A stretch of DNA of 64,000 bases from Planctomycetota bacterium (lineage in GTDB: Bacteria > Planctomycetota > PLA2 > JAEUHO01), in contig CBDCTJ010000007.1 in NCBI GenBank assembly GCA_965222115.1, forward strand, positions 1,600,001-1,664,000, written 5' to 3'. The notes under the pieces were generated by a model, which had not been told where the DNA came from, did not search any database, and saw only the letters and a program-made list of their open reading frames with translations. Of the stretch, positions 46,652 to 56,520 are shown piece after piece (the first letter of the stretch is position 1; each line of letters opens with the position of its first letter). Made by a program: the position numbers and the translations under genes.

Positions 46652-49600
46652 ATGATGATCCCAAGCAGATCCGATAGGGAGTCTCCAGTGCCGCGCATAT
46701 ACCGCACCTTAGCAGTTGCCCATGTGGTGTTGATCTTGCTCATTGCTGGCCCTCCGTTGGCCAATGCGAAAGATGCTGCGCCTGCGACGCCTGCTGAAGC
46801 CGCTAAGCAGGTCATCGACGCTCACCGCAAAAAAAATGGCGATGCGCTGAAAGCAGCAGCAAAAAGCAGCCGACCCAGCCCCTGGCAAGTCGTAGATGCG
46901 CTAGTGCGCCAGGGTGCCGTCGATGCAGCCATAGCCTTGGCGAACGCGTGCCAAGGCAGTGCCTATGCGAAACTCAAGGACTACATTGAACGTGCCACGA
47001 AGGCAGGCAGCTTAGATAAGGTTCGTAGACTTTTGTCAGAAGCGCGAACGAGCGCAGAGAATAAGGCGTGGAAGGCCATCATCGCTCAACCTGAAGAGGA
47101 CGGTGACCCGTCTGTCCCGTCGATCGAGAGGCTCCGCTTGCTCGCTAAGGCCCATGCTGCACTGGGCAATCAGGATACTGCCAAGGCAACGCGTGAGCGA
47201 GTTGTCCGGGATGCCTTGACGCTTGGTTGGATCCGAGCGGCCACAAACGTGTACGCCGAAGACGCCATGCGTCATCGCGCAAAGGGAAAAGTACCGGACG
47301 CTATAGCTTCGATGCTGAAAGCGCTACGCGTAGCCGAAGACACCGACGATAAGAAGAACGCAGGTCGTATCCTTGGCAACTTGGCTCTTCTTCACGAATC
47401 GATTCGAGCACCAAAGAAGGTCATTGAATATCATAGGCGTTCATTGGCGATGTTTCGCGCTATCAACGATCGCGAAAACGAGACGATCGCACTGCTCAAC
47501 ATGACGCGCGCGTATGAGTCGCAAGGCCATGTCAAGCATGCGCTCACTCACGCCAAGCTCGGGCTCGAGATTGCGCGCGAACTTCAAGGCTCAGAATTGT
47601 TGCTCGATGCAGTTCACGTAGCGGCGAAGGCTGAAGATGACGCCGGAAACACGGAACGCGCGCTCAAGTTGCTCGACGAGTTGCACGCGGTTGCGGCGAA
47701 ACATGGGAGCCTTTCCTACCTCTCGCTCGCGGCGGGCAGGCGAGGATCGATTGCGCAGGCGCAGGGGAAGTTTGACAAGGCCGAGGCCTTTTATGCCTCG
47801 GCGAGAGACTTGGCGATGAAAGTTGGCGACACGCACCGCGCGGCCAAAATCGGCTATAACCTTGCAACGCTGAAGAAGAATCGCGGCGATTATGACGGCG
47901 CGATTGCGGGCTTTGAGGCGTGCAAAGTGGCATTTAGGCGCGCAGGCGATCGCTACGGCATTGCTACGGTCGAGTATGGAATGGGGACTATCTATTCCGT
48001 TACGGGGCGCTACGCGCTATCTATTCCTCGATTTAAGCGCGCGCTTGCTGGTTTTCGAGACACCGGCAATCGCGGGGCTGAGTTGCAAGGGCTTATTGCG
48101 TTAGGTACTGCGCTTTCTCAGATCGGCGAGGCATCTACATCGCGCTCACTTGTGCAGGAAGCGCTTGAACTTGCGAAGAAGCTTGGAAGTCCTGGTCACG
48201 TTGCTCATGCACAGTCGATGATGGCATCGATCGATCAAGCGGAAGGAAGGTTTGATCAGGCGCGTGACCGGCTTGCAAAGGCCAAAGCGGTCTACGAACG
48301 AATGCGGCAAAGGCCGCGAGTCGCCATGACGGTCAATCAGATGGCGTCTGTGGCGCTCAGGAAGGCGGACTTTGCAACGGCTCTAGCCGAGTTTTCGCAG
48401 GCGGAAGCTACATTTCGTGAACTTGGGATGCGCACGCGAGTTCTAAGTCTGCTATTGGACCGAGGGTTCTTGTTAATGCGCATTGGTCGTGCAGACGAGG
48501 GACTTCGATGCGTGGACGAAGCGCTTGGGATCAGCGCTTCGCTAGACGGGAAGCCACACGAGGGCCACATTCACGGCGTACGCTCCGTATTGCTACGTCA
48601 GCTCGGTCGACTGAAAGAGGCTGAAGAAGCTGGAGTGCGTTCGGTATCGCTCTTGGAGGCCGCCAAGGATCATCTTCGTCACGCACGGGCGCTCCAGAAT
48701 CTCGGGCTCGTATATCAGGCACAGCAATTGCCAAGAAAGGCACTTGACGTGTTTCAGCGGGCTGTTGCGTTAAAAGAAGCACGCGGAAATTGGGCGGGCG
48801 CTGCTCACACATTGTTCAACGTAGGCAACGTGTCCGAAGAACTGGGGACGTGGGATGAGACACGTGCGGCCTATGAGAAAGGCATGCGGTATCTCGAACG
48901 TTCCCCTTCGCCGCAGACGCGTACTCGTCTTCAGTTCGGATTGGCGAAAGCGGCATATTCTGCTGGTCAAATGGCCAAGGCAATTGCCTACGCGAAGGAG
49001 AGCATATCGGGTTCCACCGCGTACGCATCCGGGCTGGTGGGTCGAGATTTTGCCGAGGTGAAAGAGTCGCATTTCCCGGCATACAACGTGGGATACGCGG
49101 CGTCCGCAGCGTTGAATAGTTCCGCCGACATGCTTTGGTTTCTTGAACGCGGCCGCGCCAATGTATTCCGTGCGGATCGCGATGTCGAGTCGAGCATCGA
49201 GAACAAGTTCTTGAAACAAGCAACGCGGACGGCCCTTGCTCGTGCACAGGCGGAGGAACGCCGACGGTTGTCTGCGCTCAAAAGCCCGGGCCCGAAGCGC
49301 CCCACCCGCGCGGCACGTGCCCAGCTGCTCGGCGAGTGGGAGAAGGCTCGCGAAGCCCATGCCAATCTTCGCCTCAAAGTGCAGCGTGAACTGTCTGCGC
49401 TCCATCCACTAAGCAACGCACGCGTCACAACTACGAAGGATCTTCAATCCATTCTCGGCAAGAACGAAGCGATCGTTTTCTATGCCGTCACTCCAGAGCG
49501 AGCGTTTGCCTTCGTCGTAACCAAAGAGTCGACTCGCATCGTAACCCTGGGTGAAACCTCAAAGGTGCTCACGCCACTTGTTGAAATTCTGACCAAGCGT

Positions 49601-50461
49601 CAAGGATGGCTTACCGCCGCCGATATCGGCCAGATGCGCGCGGTACTCGTTGAGCCGTTGGCATTGCCCAAATCCACCAAACGCGTGATCATCTCGCCCA
49701 TGGCAGAGATTGGGTACATGCCATTGGGCGCAACGTTTACAGGACTGGATGTCGTCTCGGTGCCTTCGGGCACAGTATATCAAGCGCTCCTGGCAAAGAA
49801 GGACCATGGCCCCACGGCTCCCGTGTTGGGAATTGGAGACCCCAACTATCGCGCCGAGTCGCGCCCGCAATCGGTAACGCGCGCCGCGCGTGCGTGGAAG
49901 CTCACATCACTTCCGAATACCCGTCGGGAGATTGAGAAGATTGCCGATACTAAGTTGCTTGGCAATGATGCATCCGAATCGTCGTTCCTGAGTGCACTTG
50001 CGAAGGAGAAGGTGTGGCGTTCCGTTCATTTTGCATGTCATGGACTTGTCGATAGTGAACGCCCCCTGCATTCGGCGCTGGCACTTTCTGTTGACGATAA
50101 GCACGATGGACTATTGTCGGCCTTTGAAGTTCTTGGGCTTCGTATGTCAACGGATTTGTGCGTGCTCTCGGCCTGTGAGTCTGGTTTGGGGCGTGTGTAC
50201 CGAACGGAGGGCATACTTGGACTCACCCGCGCGTTCTTTTCTGCGGGTGCTTCGCGCGTACTCTGTTCGCTGTGGAAGGTTGATGATGCGGCGACTGCCG
50301 CACTCATGGCCGAGTTTTACACCCGTTGGAATCCCAAGGATGGATCAAGGGGTGTGGATGCTGCTGTCGCCCTTAGGCAGGCACAAAGTGTCATTAGATC
50401 CAAAAAGAAATGGTCTGAACCGCACTTTTGGGCGGCGTGGGTCCTGTGGGGCAAGCCTTAG
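46652..50461 (+). CDS. TPR-repeat and CHAT (caspase-like, clan CD) protease
   Basis: N-terminal hydrophobic signal, many TPR_12-like repeats; CHAT motifs VHFACHG, VLSACESGLG, SLWKVDD, ALRQAQ, PHFWAAW. Confidence 0.93.
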   Translation: MMIPSRSDRESPVPRIYRTLAVAHVVLILLIAGPPLANAKDAAPATPAEAAKQVIDAHRKKNGDALKAAAKSSRPSPWQVVDALVRQGAVDAAIALANACQGSAYAKLKDYIERATKAGSLDKVRRLLSEARTSAENKAWKAIIAQPEEDGDPSVPSIERLRLLAKAHAALGNQDTAKATRERVVRDALTLGWIRAATNVYAEDAMRHRAKGKVPDAIASMLKALRVAEDTDDKKNAGRILGNLALLHESIRAPKKVIEYHRRSLAMFRAINDRENETIALLNMTRAYESQGHVKHALTHAKLGLEIARELQGSELLLDAVHVAAKAEDDAGNTERALKLLDELHAVAAKHGSLSYLSLAAGRRGSIAQAQGKFDKAEAFYASARDLAMKVGDTHRAAKIGYNLATLKKNRGDYDGAIAGFEACKVAFRRAGDRYGIATVEYGMGTIYSVTGRYALSIPRFKRALAGFRDTGNRGAELQGLIALGTALSQIGEASTSRSLVQEALELAKKLGSPGHVAHAQSMMASIDQAEGRFDQARDRLAKAKAVYERMRQRPRVAMTVNQMASVALRKADFATALAEFSQAEATFRELGMRTRVLSLLLDRGFLLMRIGRADEGLRCVDEALGISASLDGKPHEGHIHGVRSVLLRQLGRLKEAEEAGVRSVSLLEAAKDHLRHARALQNLGLVYQAQQLPRKALDVFQRAVALKEARGNWAGAAHTLFNVGNVSEELGTWDETRAAYEKGMRYLERSPSPQTRTRLQFGLAKAAYSAGQMAKAIAYAKESISGSTAYASGLVGRDFAEVKESHFPAYNVGYAASAALNSSADMLWFLERGRANVFRADRDVESSIENKFLKQATRTALARAQAEERRRLSALKSPGPKRPTRAARAQLLGEWEKAREAHANLRLKVQRELSALHPLSNARVTTTKDLQSILGKNEAIVFYAVTPERAFAFVVTKESTRIVTLGETSKVLTPLVEILTKRQGWLTAADIGQMRAVLVEPLALPKSTKRVIISPMAEIGYMPLGATFTGLDVVSVPSGTVYQALLAKKDHGPTAPVLGIGDPNYRAESRPQSVTRAARAWKLTSLPNTRREIEKIADTKLLGNDASESSFLSALAKEKVWRSVHFACHGLVDSERPLHSALALSVDDKHDGLLSAFEVLGLRMSTDLCVLSACESGLGRVYRTEGILGLTRAFFSAGASRVLCSLWKVDDAATAALMAEFYTRWNPKDGSRGVDAAVALRQAQSVIRSKKKWSEPHFWAAWVLWGKP

Positions 50462-50490
50462 TCCACGTGGCCAGTAGAAACGAATCTTTA

Positions 50491-51783
50491 ATGTCACGCA
50501 TCCTTACCGCTCTCGGCGTCGCGTGGAGGCGCATTCGGCGCAGGCCGGTGCGTTCGTTTCTGCTACTGCAAGGCACCGTATGGGGGGTGGCGGTTGCGAT
50601 CTTTCCGTCTGCGGTATTGCAAGGTACGCGGGAGGCAATGCGTGTACAGGGAGAACGACTCGGTGTCGATCGATTTTCAGTTGCGGCCGATACCACGGCA
50701 TCGTCATTCAAGCCGTTGCGCGTGAGTGACCTTGAAACGGTTCGTTCTGCGCCACGTGACGCAACAACAACTGCAACTGTTCGTGGCGCTGTGGGTTTGT
50801 CGGTGCTCGGTTCGCTACATAGGGATGCAGGACCACCAATCACCGTGTTGGGCGCAACGGACGGTCCAATAAAGGCACGGGGATTTACGCTAGCGGCGGG
50901 TCGCGATTTGCGTGCAGAGGATGACGCGACTGTATGCGTGATTGAGGCGGGCGTTGTGTCTGTGCTTTTTGGATCAGAAGCACGCGCGCCCGATGCTCTT
51001 GGAAAGACGGTCACGCTGCCACCCAATGCCCGAGCGGCGACGATTGTCGGTGTTGCCGCACCTCGCACGAAGGAGATGTTGCGCAGCAATGACCTTGGAT
51101 TCGACGTAGAGCATGATGTCTACAAGAAGGTCCTTGGGAACCTATTGATTGCCATGGGCATGCCCGCGCTCGATGACGACTGGAAGCGCAACGATCGCTG
51201 TATCTATCGTTCGCTGCGTGCGGTCACAACGGATGCCGATCCGAAGGTCGAGTGGATCATGGGACGTGCCCGGCAAGATGGCGAGCCGGTGGCTCACGAA
51301 CTGCGCGAACGGCTGCGTCGCCGTGGCAAGGATGCGCTCGTGCTCACGCCGTTGATATTGCCCGGACTCATGAGCGAGCGCGTGGATCGCTTTGCCGCTG
51401 TTCCCTTTGCCATGTTTCTCGCGTGTCTCGTGATGGGCGCGGTGGTGATGGCCAACCTCGGGCTACTCAATACGCTCAGCCGCCGCGAGGAGATCGCTGT
51501 ACAGCGCGTCGAGGGAGCCACGCGTCGAGACATTGCATGGCAGTTCCTTTTCGAGGGGGTGATCCTCTCGGCCCTGGGCTGCGCGTTGGGCTGTCTATTG
51601 GGCATGGCACTGGCTCAGCTACGTGTATCGCTGGAGCCCGTTACAGGCTTTGCATGGCGCTTTCCGTGGCGCGAGGCCGGTATTGCGGTGGGGGTGGCGA
51701 TGCTCATCGGATTGCTCGCGTCCTGGATTCCCGCTCTTCGCGCAAGTCGGCAAGAGCCCGTATCGGGACTTCACGATGCTTGA
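50491..51783 (+). CDS. ABC transporter permease, MacB/FtsX family
   Basis: RPVRSFL.L.G...GVA, periplasmic domain, RREEIAVQRVEGATRRDI..QFL.E, PA.RAS. Confidence 0.9.
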   Translation: MSRILTALGVAWRRIRRRPVRSFLLLQGTVWGVAVAIFPSAVLQGTREAMRVQGERLGVDRFSVAADTTASSFKPLRVSDLETVRSAPRDATTTATVRGAVGLSVLGSLHRDAGPPITVLGATDGPIKARGFTLAAGRDLRAEDDATVCVIEAGVVSVLFGSEARAPDALGKTVTLPPNARAATIVGVAAPRTKEMLRSNDLGFDVEHDVYKKVLGNLLIAMGMPALDDDWKRNDRCIYRSLRAVTTDADPKVEWIMGRARQDGEPVAHELRERLRRRGKDALVLTPLILPGLMSERVDRFAAVPFAMFLACLVMGAVVMANLGLLNTLSRREEIAVQRVEGATRRDIAWQFLFEGVILSALGCALGCLLGMALAQLRVSLEPVTGFAWRFPWREAGIAVGVAMLIGLLASWIPALRASRQEPVSGLHDA

Positions 51784-53080
51784 TCGCGCCACGTCCATCA
51801 TGCGCGAAGCGGTCCACGCGCTTGTGAAGCATCCGTTGCGTGCGTTCCTTAGTGCCATCACCTGCGCGGTTGCGATCGCCGTTACGGTCAATGTGATCTC
51901 ACTCACATTCGGCCTTGACGAAGATATGCGCACCGACGTGGGCAAGTTTGGTCGGCGTACGATCGACATTGGCCGATTGCCCGTCTTTGGAAGACGCGAA
52001 GCACCGGCAACGATTACAGCAAGCGACGTGCAGCGACTACGAGACACGCTCGCGCCCTACAAGCCACAGCTTGTACCACGGCGACAACTGGGCGTTCCGA
52101 TGCTCGGTACGTCGAACGAAGAGTCGCCCACGAATGTCGATCAAGCGCCTCGGCAATCACTCGTCATTGTCCCCAGCAGCTATCAAGACACGCTCGACGT
52201 CGAGATTATTGCGGGTCGCTGGTTTCGAGCTGATGAACAAGACGCCTGTGTCCTCGACCGCGCACTAGCCAAGGCGCTGGCGCTCATTGATGACGACGGT
52301 CGATCTCGTAGCGAAACGCTTGGATGGGTGCATGCGGAAGTGGGAGGTACACTACGGGCGTTCAAGGTGGTAGGCATTCTCGAAGATCCCATGACCTATC
52401 GCGCGTTGTTTGAGGAGTTTGACTGGGGCCGCAATGCTCGCTCGGTAACGAGTAGCTTGCTTTCGTTTCAAAATGTCTACGTGGCACCGCGACCCAACGA
52501 ACCGATTGATGTATCGGCGATAAGCATCGTGTTCCCAACCGATAAGGCGTGTGCGCAGGCGGCCTCGCTTGTGCGAGACATCTATCCCGCCAGTTTTGAG
52601 AATATCTTTGAGATGATCGGCAAGGGCGAACGCATGGGTCACTTTGTGCGCGCGGAGTGGATGGACGCGCTCGGGAGCACGAGTCAGCAGGGTGTGCTCG
52701 TAGGCAACCTCGTCTGGGTGATCATTGTCTTGGTGGCGGCAATTATGATTGCCACGCTCAACATGGTTGGCATTCGAGAGCGTTATAGCGAATTTGCGAT
52801 CCGTCGCGTGGAGGGCGCGAGACGTAGAGACGTTGCCACCCAAGTACTCTATGAGAATGTTCTCGTTTCATTGGCGGGCGGATTGATGGGATTGCCCCTG
52901 GGATATGGCGGAGCCGCCGTCTTGAGTCGCCTGGTGGGATTCCCGTTCCGCTTCGAACCGCTCTATGCATTGGCAGCCACGGGCATCGCTGTTCTGCTGG
53001 GCATACTTGCCGCGGTGTGGCCTGCCTGGCATGCCGCAAACATTGAACCTGCGCGTGTGCTCTCGAGGAGACTTCGTTGA
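51776..53080 (+). CDS. ABC transporter permease, MacB/FtsX family
   Basis: HPLRAFLS, ER..EFAIRRVEGARRRDV, WPAWHAA..EP. Confidence 0.9.
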   Translation: MLDRATSIMREAVHALVKHPLRAFLSAITCAVAIAVTVNVISLTFGLDEDMRTDVGKFGRRTIDIGRLPVFGRREAPATITASDVQRLRDTLAPYKPQLVPRRQLGVPMLGTSNEESPTNVDQAPRQSLVIVPSSYQDTLDVEIIAGRWFRADEQDACVLDRALAKALALIDDDGRSRSETLGWVHAEVGGTLRAFKVVGILEDPMTYRALFEEFDWGRNARSVTSSLLSFQNVYVAPRPNEPIDVSAISIVFPTDKACAQAASLVRDIYPASFENIFEMIGKGERMGHFVRAEWMDALGSTSQQGVLVGNLVWVIIVLVAAIMIATLNMVGIRERYSEFAIRRVEGARRRDVATQVLYENVLVSLAGGLMGLPLGYGGAAVLSRLVGFPFRFEPLYALAATGIAVLLGILAAVWPAWHAANIEPARVLSRRLR

Positions 53081-53784
53081 CTCACACCGACGACGCCACC
53101 TCACACGCCGTCGCGCTTGAGGGTGCTTCACGAACGTACGGAAGCGGTTCGCTGAAAGTGCATGCCCTTCGACCCACCGATCTAGTCATTAATCGCGGTG
53201 AGTACATGGCCATCACCGGCCCATCGGGCTCTGGTAAGTCCACACTGTTGCACATTCTCGGCTGCCTTGACCGTCCAACCACGGGCCGCTACTTGTTCGA
53301 CGGTCGCGACGTGTCGGCACTAAGCGACTTAGAACTCGCCGCGATTCGCAATCAAACGATTGGGTTTGTGTTTCAACGATTCCACCTCCTGCGCGACGAG
53401 AGCGCGAGACGAAACGTTGAACTGCCATTGCTCTATGGCGGCCTCCTGCGCCGCGAACGCAGATCACGCGCACTCGCTGCATTGGATCAAGTTGGTCTTG
53501 CTCCACGCGCTACACACACCCCCGGCAAACTCAGCGGCGGCGAACAACAACGCGTCGCCCTCGCTCGCGCGCTCGTCAAGAACCCAAGCCTCCTCCTGGC
53601 CGACGAACCCACCGGCAATCTCGACCTCGCCTCCGGCAATGCTGTCTTGGATCTCATTGATCGTGCCAACGAATCGGGCACCACCGTTGTCATCATTACC
53701 CACGCCGAAGATGTCGCCGCGCGCGCCAAGCGTCGAGTGTGGATAAGGGATGGGGTGGTGTCGGAGGATGCGCCTCATCCTTGA
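53077..53784 (+). CDS. ABC transporter ATP-binding protein (LolD/MacB-type)
   Basis: Motifs GPSGSGKST, IGFVFQ.F.L, LSGGEQQRVALARAL, LLADEPTGNLD, ITH. Confidence 0.96.
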   Translation: MTHTDDATSHAVALEGASRTYGSGSLKVHALRPTDLVINRGEYMAITGPSGSGKSTLLHILGCLDRPTTGRYLFDGRDVSALSDLELAAIRNQTIGFVFQRFHLLRDESARRNVELPLLYGGLLRRERRSRALAALDQVGLAPRATHTPGKLSGGEQQRVALARALVKNPSLLLADEPTGNLDLASGNAVLDLIDRANESGTTVVIITHAEDVAARAKRRVWIRDGVVSEDAPHP

Positions 53785-54098
53785 CGTGTGTCGCGCGGGC
53801 TAGTTGTTACTTGGAAGAATGACCGTCGTGTTCTCGTTCGGCCATCCCAATACCGCTGAAGTGCCGCAGCCACATCGCGAACGGGTGCCACGCCGCGAAC
53901 CAGCGCGACGTCGGCCACCAGCAGTTGTCGAAAGGTTACGAGCCGAGCACGGGTCCTTCTCACGTGTTTGTCGCTGAGCGACATTTGTTCACATCGAAGT
54001 CGATGCACGACGGATTTTACCCCATCGAGTCTTGGTCTCCACATCTCCGCACCCATCCAATGACCCGAACATGACTCCTCGTTGCGACGATTGGCCCA

Positions 54099-55859
54099 AT
54101 GAGGCTGTCGGCTATCCTTCTTCTCGTTTTTGTATTTGTGCTTGCGATGATGTGGGAGCATTCTGCGCCCGCTACGCGTGATGTCGAGCCTTCCACGGTA
54201 ACCGATGATCTAGGTATCTGGGTACCGAGCCAGTCCACCTCGCATTCTCCAACTCTAAGTAGTTCGTTCGTGCCGGAACATGAGCCGTTTGATCCGTGGG
54301 TGGATTCGTCAAGCGCGAACTCAAAGGAGGGTATGGCCAGTTCTGACGTCGTTCGTCATGAATCGAGTCGCAAGGCTCCGACGCTTCCGAACGTGTCAAG
54401 CCGAAATGATGTGATCGCTCGTAAGCACAACGATGGAATAATTCTATATGCGCCGGCTACGCGTCGCGCCACTACAAGGAAACAGCACGGCCTCCTCTAC
54501 GGCCTTCCAAAGGACGAGTACCCGGAGAATGCTTATCCGGTGGTCGTCTATGACGTGTCAGCGTTCGCGCCGCGAATCTACTCGGGCGTGGCCGGTGACT
54601 TTACGGAATACGTCTCTAGTGAGGCGCAGCACCGACCAAGTGAACCGTCGGTTTTGATGTCGATGCTTGAAGCGTTCGTATCACAGTCCGATGATTCCGC
54701 GTGGGATCCAGAGCTCACGCTACTGGCATTCGAGGAGCAGGAGGGGCGAGTTTGGATCCGTCAATCTGAAGCGCTGGTTCAAGAGTTTGAGGCCTATCTC
54801 GATCGCCTCGATCAGCGTGACGTGCGGGCGATCCACGTTGAGTTCGTACCGAATGTGCGCGACGGTATGGCACCCGAGACATTGCGCGTCGCCGTACCGT
54901 GGCAAGCGACTGCGGTGGCCACTTCAGGATTGTATGAGACGTACATCTATGACTACGACGTGGAGATAAGTACGGGTGGCCCGAAATTGGGAAACATGTT
55001 CGTCGCCACCGCGGGTCGCGGCACGACATTGCGTGCGACATGGACGGCCCCCGAAACCCTGCACATTTGCATTAAGACGTTGCCTGAGATGCCGGAGCTT
55101 AAACCTCTTCGAATCGCGTCGAGTAACAAGCCGATTGCCGACAACGTGACCATGCCTGTCCACATAGACCTTGAGACGCCGGAGCCAAAGCCTATGGAGT
55201 GGCGGGCAACCATCTCACTCAAGCGAGATGCCAAGCAGGTCGTTCGCGTCGGCGACCGAGACTTGGGGATGCTTCGAGTAATGATCGATCGATGCGAGTC
55301 GCGACGAAACTGGCGTCGTGTCTCTCCTTACTTGCAAGTGCGCGTAGGAAGGGCGTTTAGGAACTCATTCAATCTTGAACTCATACTGCGGGGAACTCGC
55401 TCGGGATTCCTGGGAACTTGTACGGAGTCTTTTTTATTGGGTCAAAACCGGACAAGTCAGTGTTTTAGGAAGGCAAGTCCTGGCGGGACGTCCTTGAGCG
55501 GACTCAAAGACGCCGAGTGGTTGGGCGCCTATTCCGGCGCCGATGTGAGTCAGCCCGAGGCGGGTCGAATCGCCTTTGACCTGTGTTGCTTCGATCGGCG
55601 CGCCGCGAGTGCGCGCATCGAGTTTCTGCTTTCCGCAACGCAGTGGACCGGAACGTCTCGATCTGCTCAGGTGCGTTATCCGGGCTCAACATGGCGCGAG
55701 ATGGAGACTGTGGATTTTCCGACGAACTATGTTTGTGCCGCGTCTCGCGTCTTTGAGATTCGCGACGGCGAGACACGTGAGCTCACGTTCGATGCGAATC
55801 TGGGGTTGGGCCCCGAAGAGCTTCGGCTCACCGTTCGTCGGATACCGGAGATCAAGTAG
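54099..55859 (+). CDS. Hypothetical exported protein with secretin-like motifs
   Basis: Signal/TM segment; VVVYDVS, VWIRQSEALVQEFEAYLDRL, YIYDYDVEI. Confidence 0.7.
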   Translation: MRLSAILLLVFVFVLAMMWEHSAPATRDVEPSTVTDDLGIWVPSQSTSHSPTLSSSFVPEHEPFDPWVDSSSANSKEGMASSDVVRHESSRKAPTLPNVSSRNDVIARKHNDGIILYAPATRRATTRKQHGLLYGLPKDEYPENAYPVVVYDVSAFAPRIYSGVAGDFTEYVSSEAQHRPSEPSVLMSMLEAFVSQSDDSAWDPELTLLAFEEQEGRVWIRQSEALVQEFEAYLDRLDQRDVRAIHVEFVPNVRDGMAPETLRVAVPWQATAVATSGLYETYIYDYDVEISTGGPKLGNMFVATAGRGTTLRATWTAPETLHICIKTLPEMPELKPLRIASSNKPIADNVTMPVHIDLETPEPKPMEWRATISLKRDAKQVVRVGDRDLGMLRVMIDRCESRRNWRRVSPYLQVRVGRAFRNSFNLELILRGTRSGFLGTCTESFLLGQNRTSQCFRKASPGGTSLSGLKDAEWLGAYSGADVSQPEAGRIAFDLCCFDRRAASARIEFLLSATQWTGTSRSAQVRYPGSTWREMETVDFPTNYVCAASRVFEIRDGETRELTFDANLGLGPEELRLTVRRIPEIK

Positions 55860-55920
55860 CTTCGCCATTGATTGAATAAGAGTCTGACGAGATACCTGCT
55901 TGCGACCCTACACTGTCTGG

Positions 55921-56454
55921 GTGCTTGAAGTGCTCGCCATTCTTGTGCTACTGGCTGCGATTGGCTTGGGCATCATTGCGTTTCGGGGGTGGCGGGCCAC
56001 GCTCAATCTTGCGCGGGAGATGATTCAGATTCGGCAGCGCATCATCGCGTTGGAGGATGGCTTGCGAGCCATGCGTGCGAATCGCGAGGAAGATGAAATC
56101 GACCTTGTGGAACAGCGCGGCATCGATGCGTCGCTTGGCATCCTTCGCGAGCGGCTCGACGTCGTGGAGGGGCGGCTGGCCGAGGTGGCTCGCCGCGTTG
56201 CCGGTGGCACTGCGGTCTCGCTCGACGTGGAAGAACCGCTGCCGCAAGAAGCCTCGCCCCTGGAACGGGCGGTTCGGCGCCATCTTCGAGCGCAGGGCTA
56301 TGAGCGCATTGTCGTCTTAGATCTGGATGAAGACTACGAAACAGCCTGGATCGAGGCGGAGCGCGGCGGCGTGACCGCCAAAGGCACCGCTTCCCGTGGT
56401 GCCGACGGCCGCATTGAGCTCTCGACCGAGAGCACCGTCCGTTCGTTTCCGTAG
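55921..56454 (+). CDS. Hypothetical membrane-anchored coiled-coil protein
   Basis: N-terminal TM and coiled coil; GTG 55921 is preceded by a TACACT box. Confidence 0.75.
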   Translation: MLEVLAILVLLAAIGLGIIAFRGWRATLNLAREMIQIRQRIIALEDGLRAMRANREEDEIDLVEQRGIDASLGILRERLDVVEGRLAEVARRVAGGTAVSLDVEEPLPQEASPLERAVRRHLRAQGYERIVVLDLDEDYETAWIEAERGGVTAKGTASRGADGRIELSTESTVRSFP

Positions 56455-56520
56455 TCTCGTCCAGCGTGCGGGCGGCGAAACGCCAGATCACGCGACAGTC
56501 TGCACTGGGAGCTTCCGACA

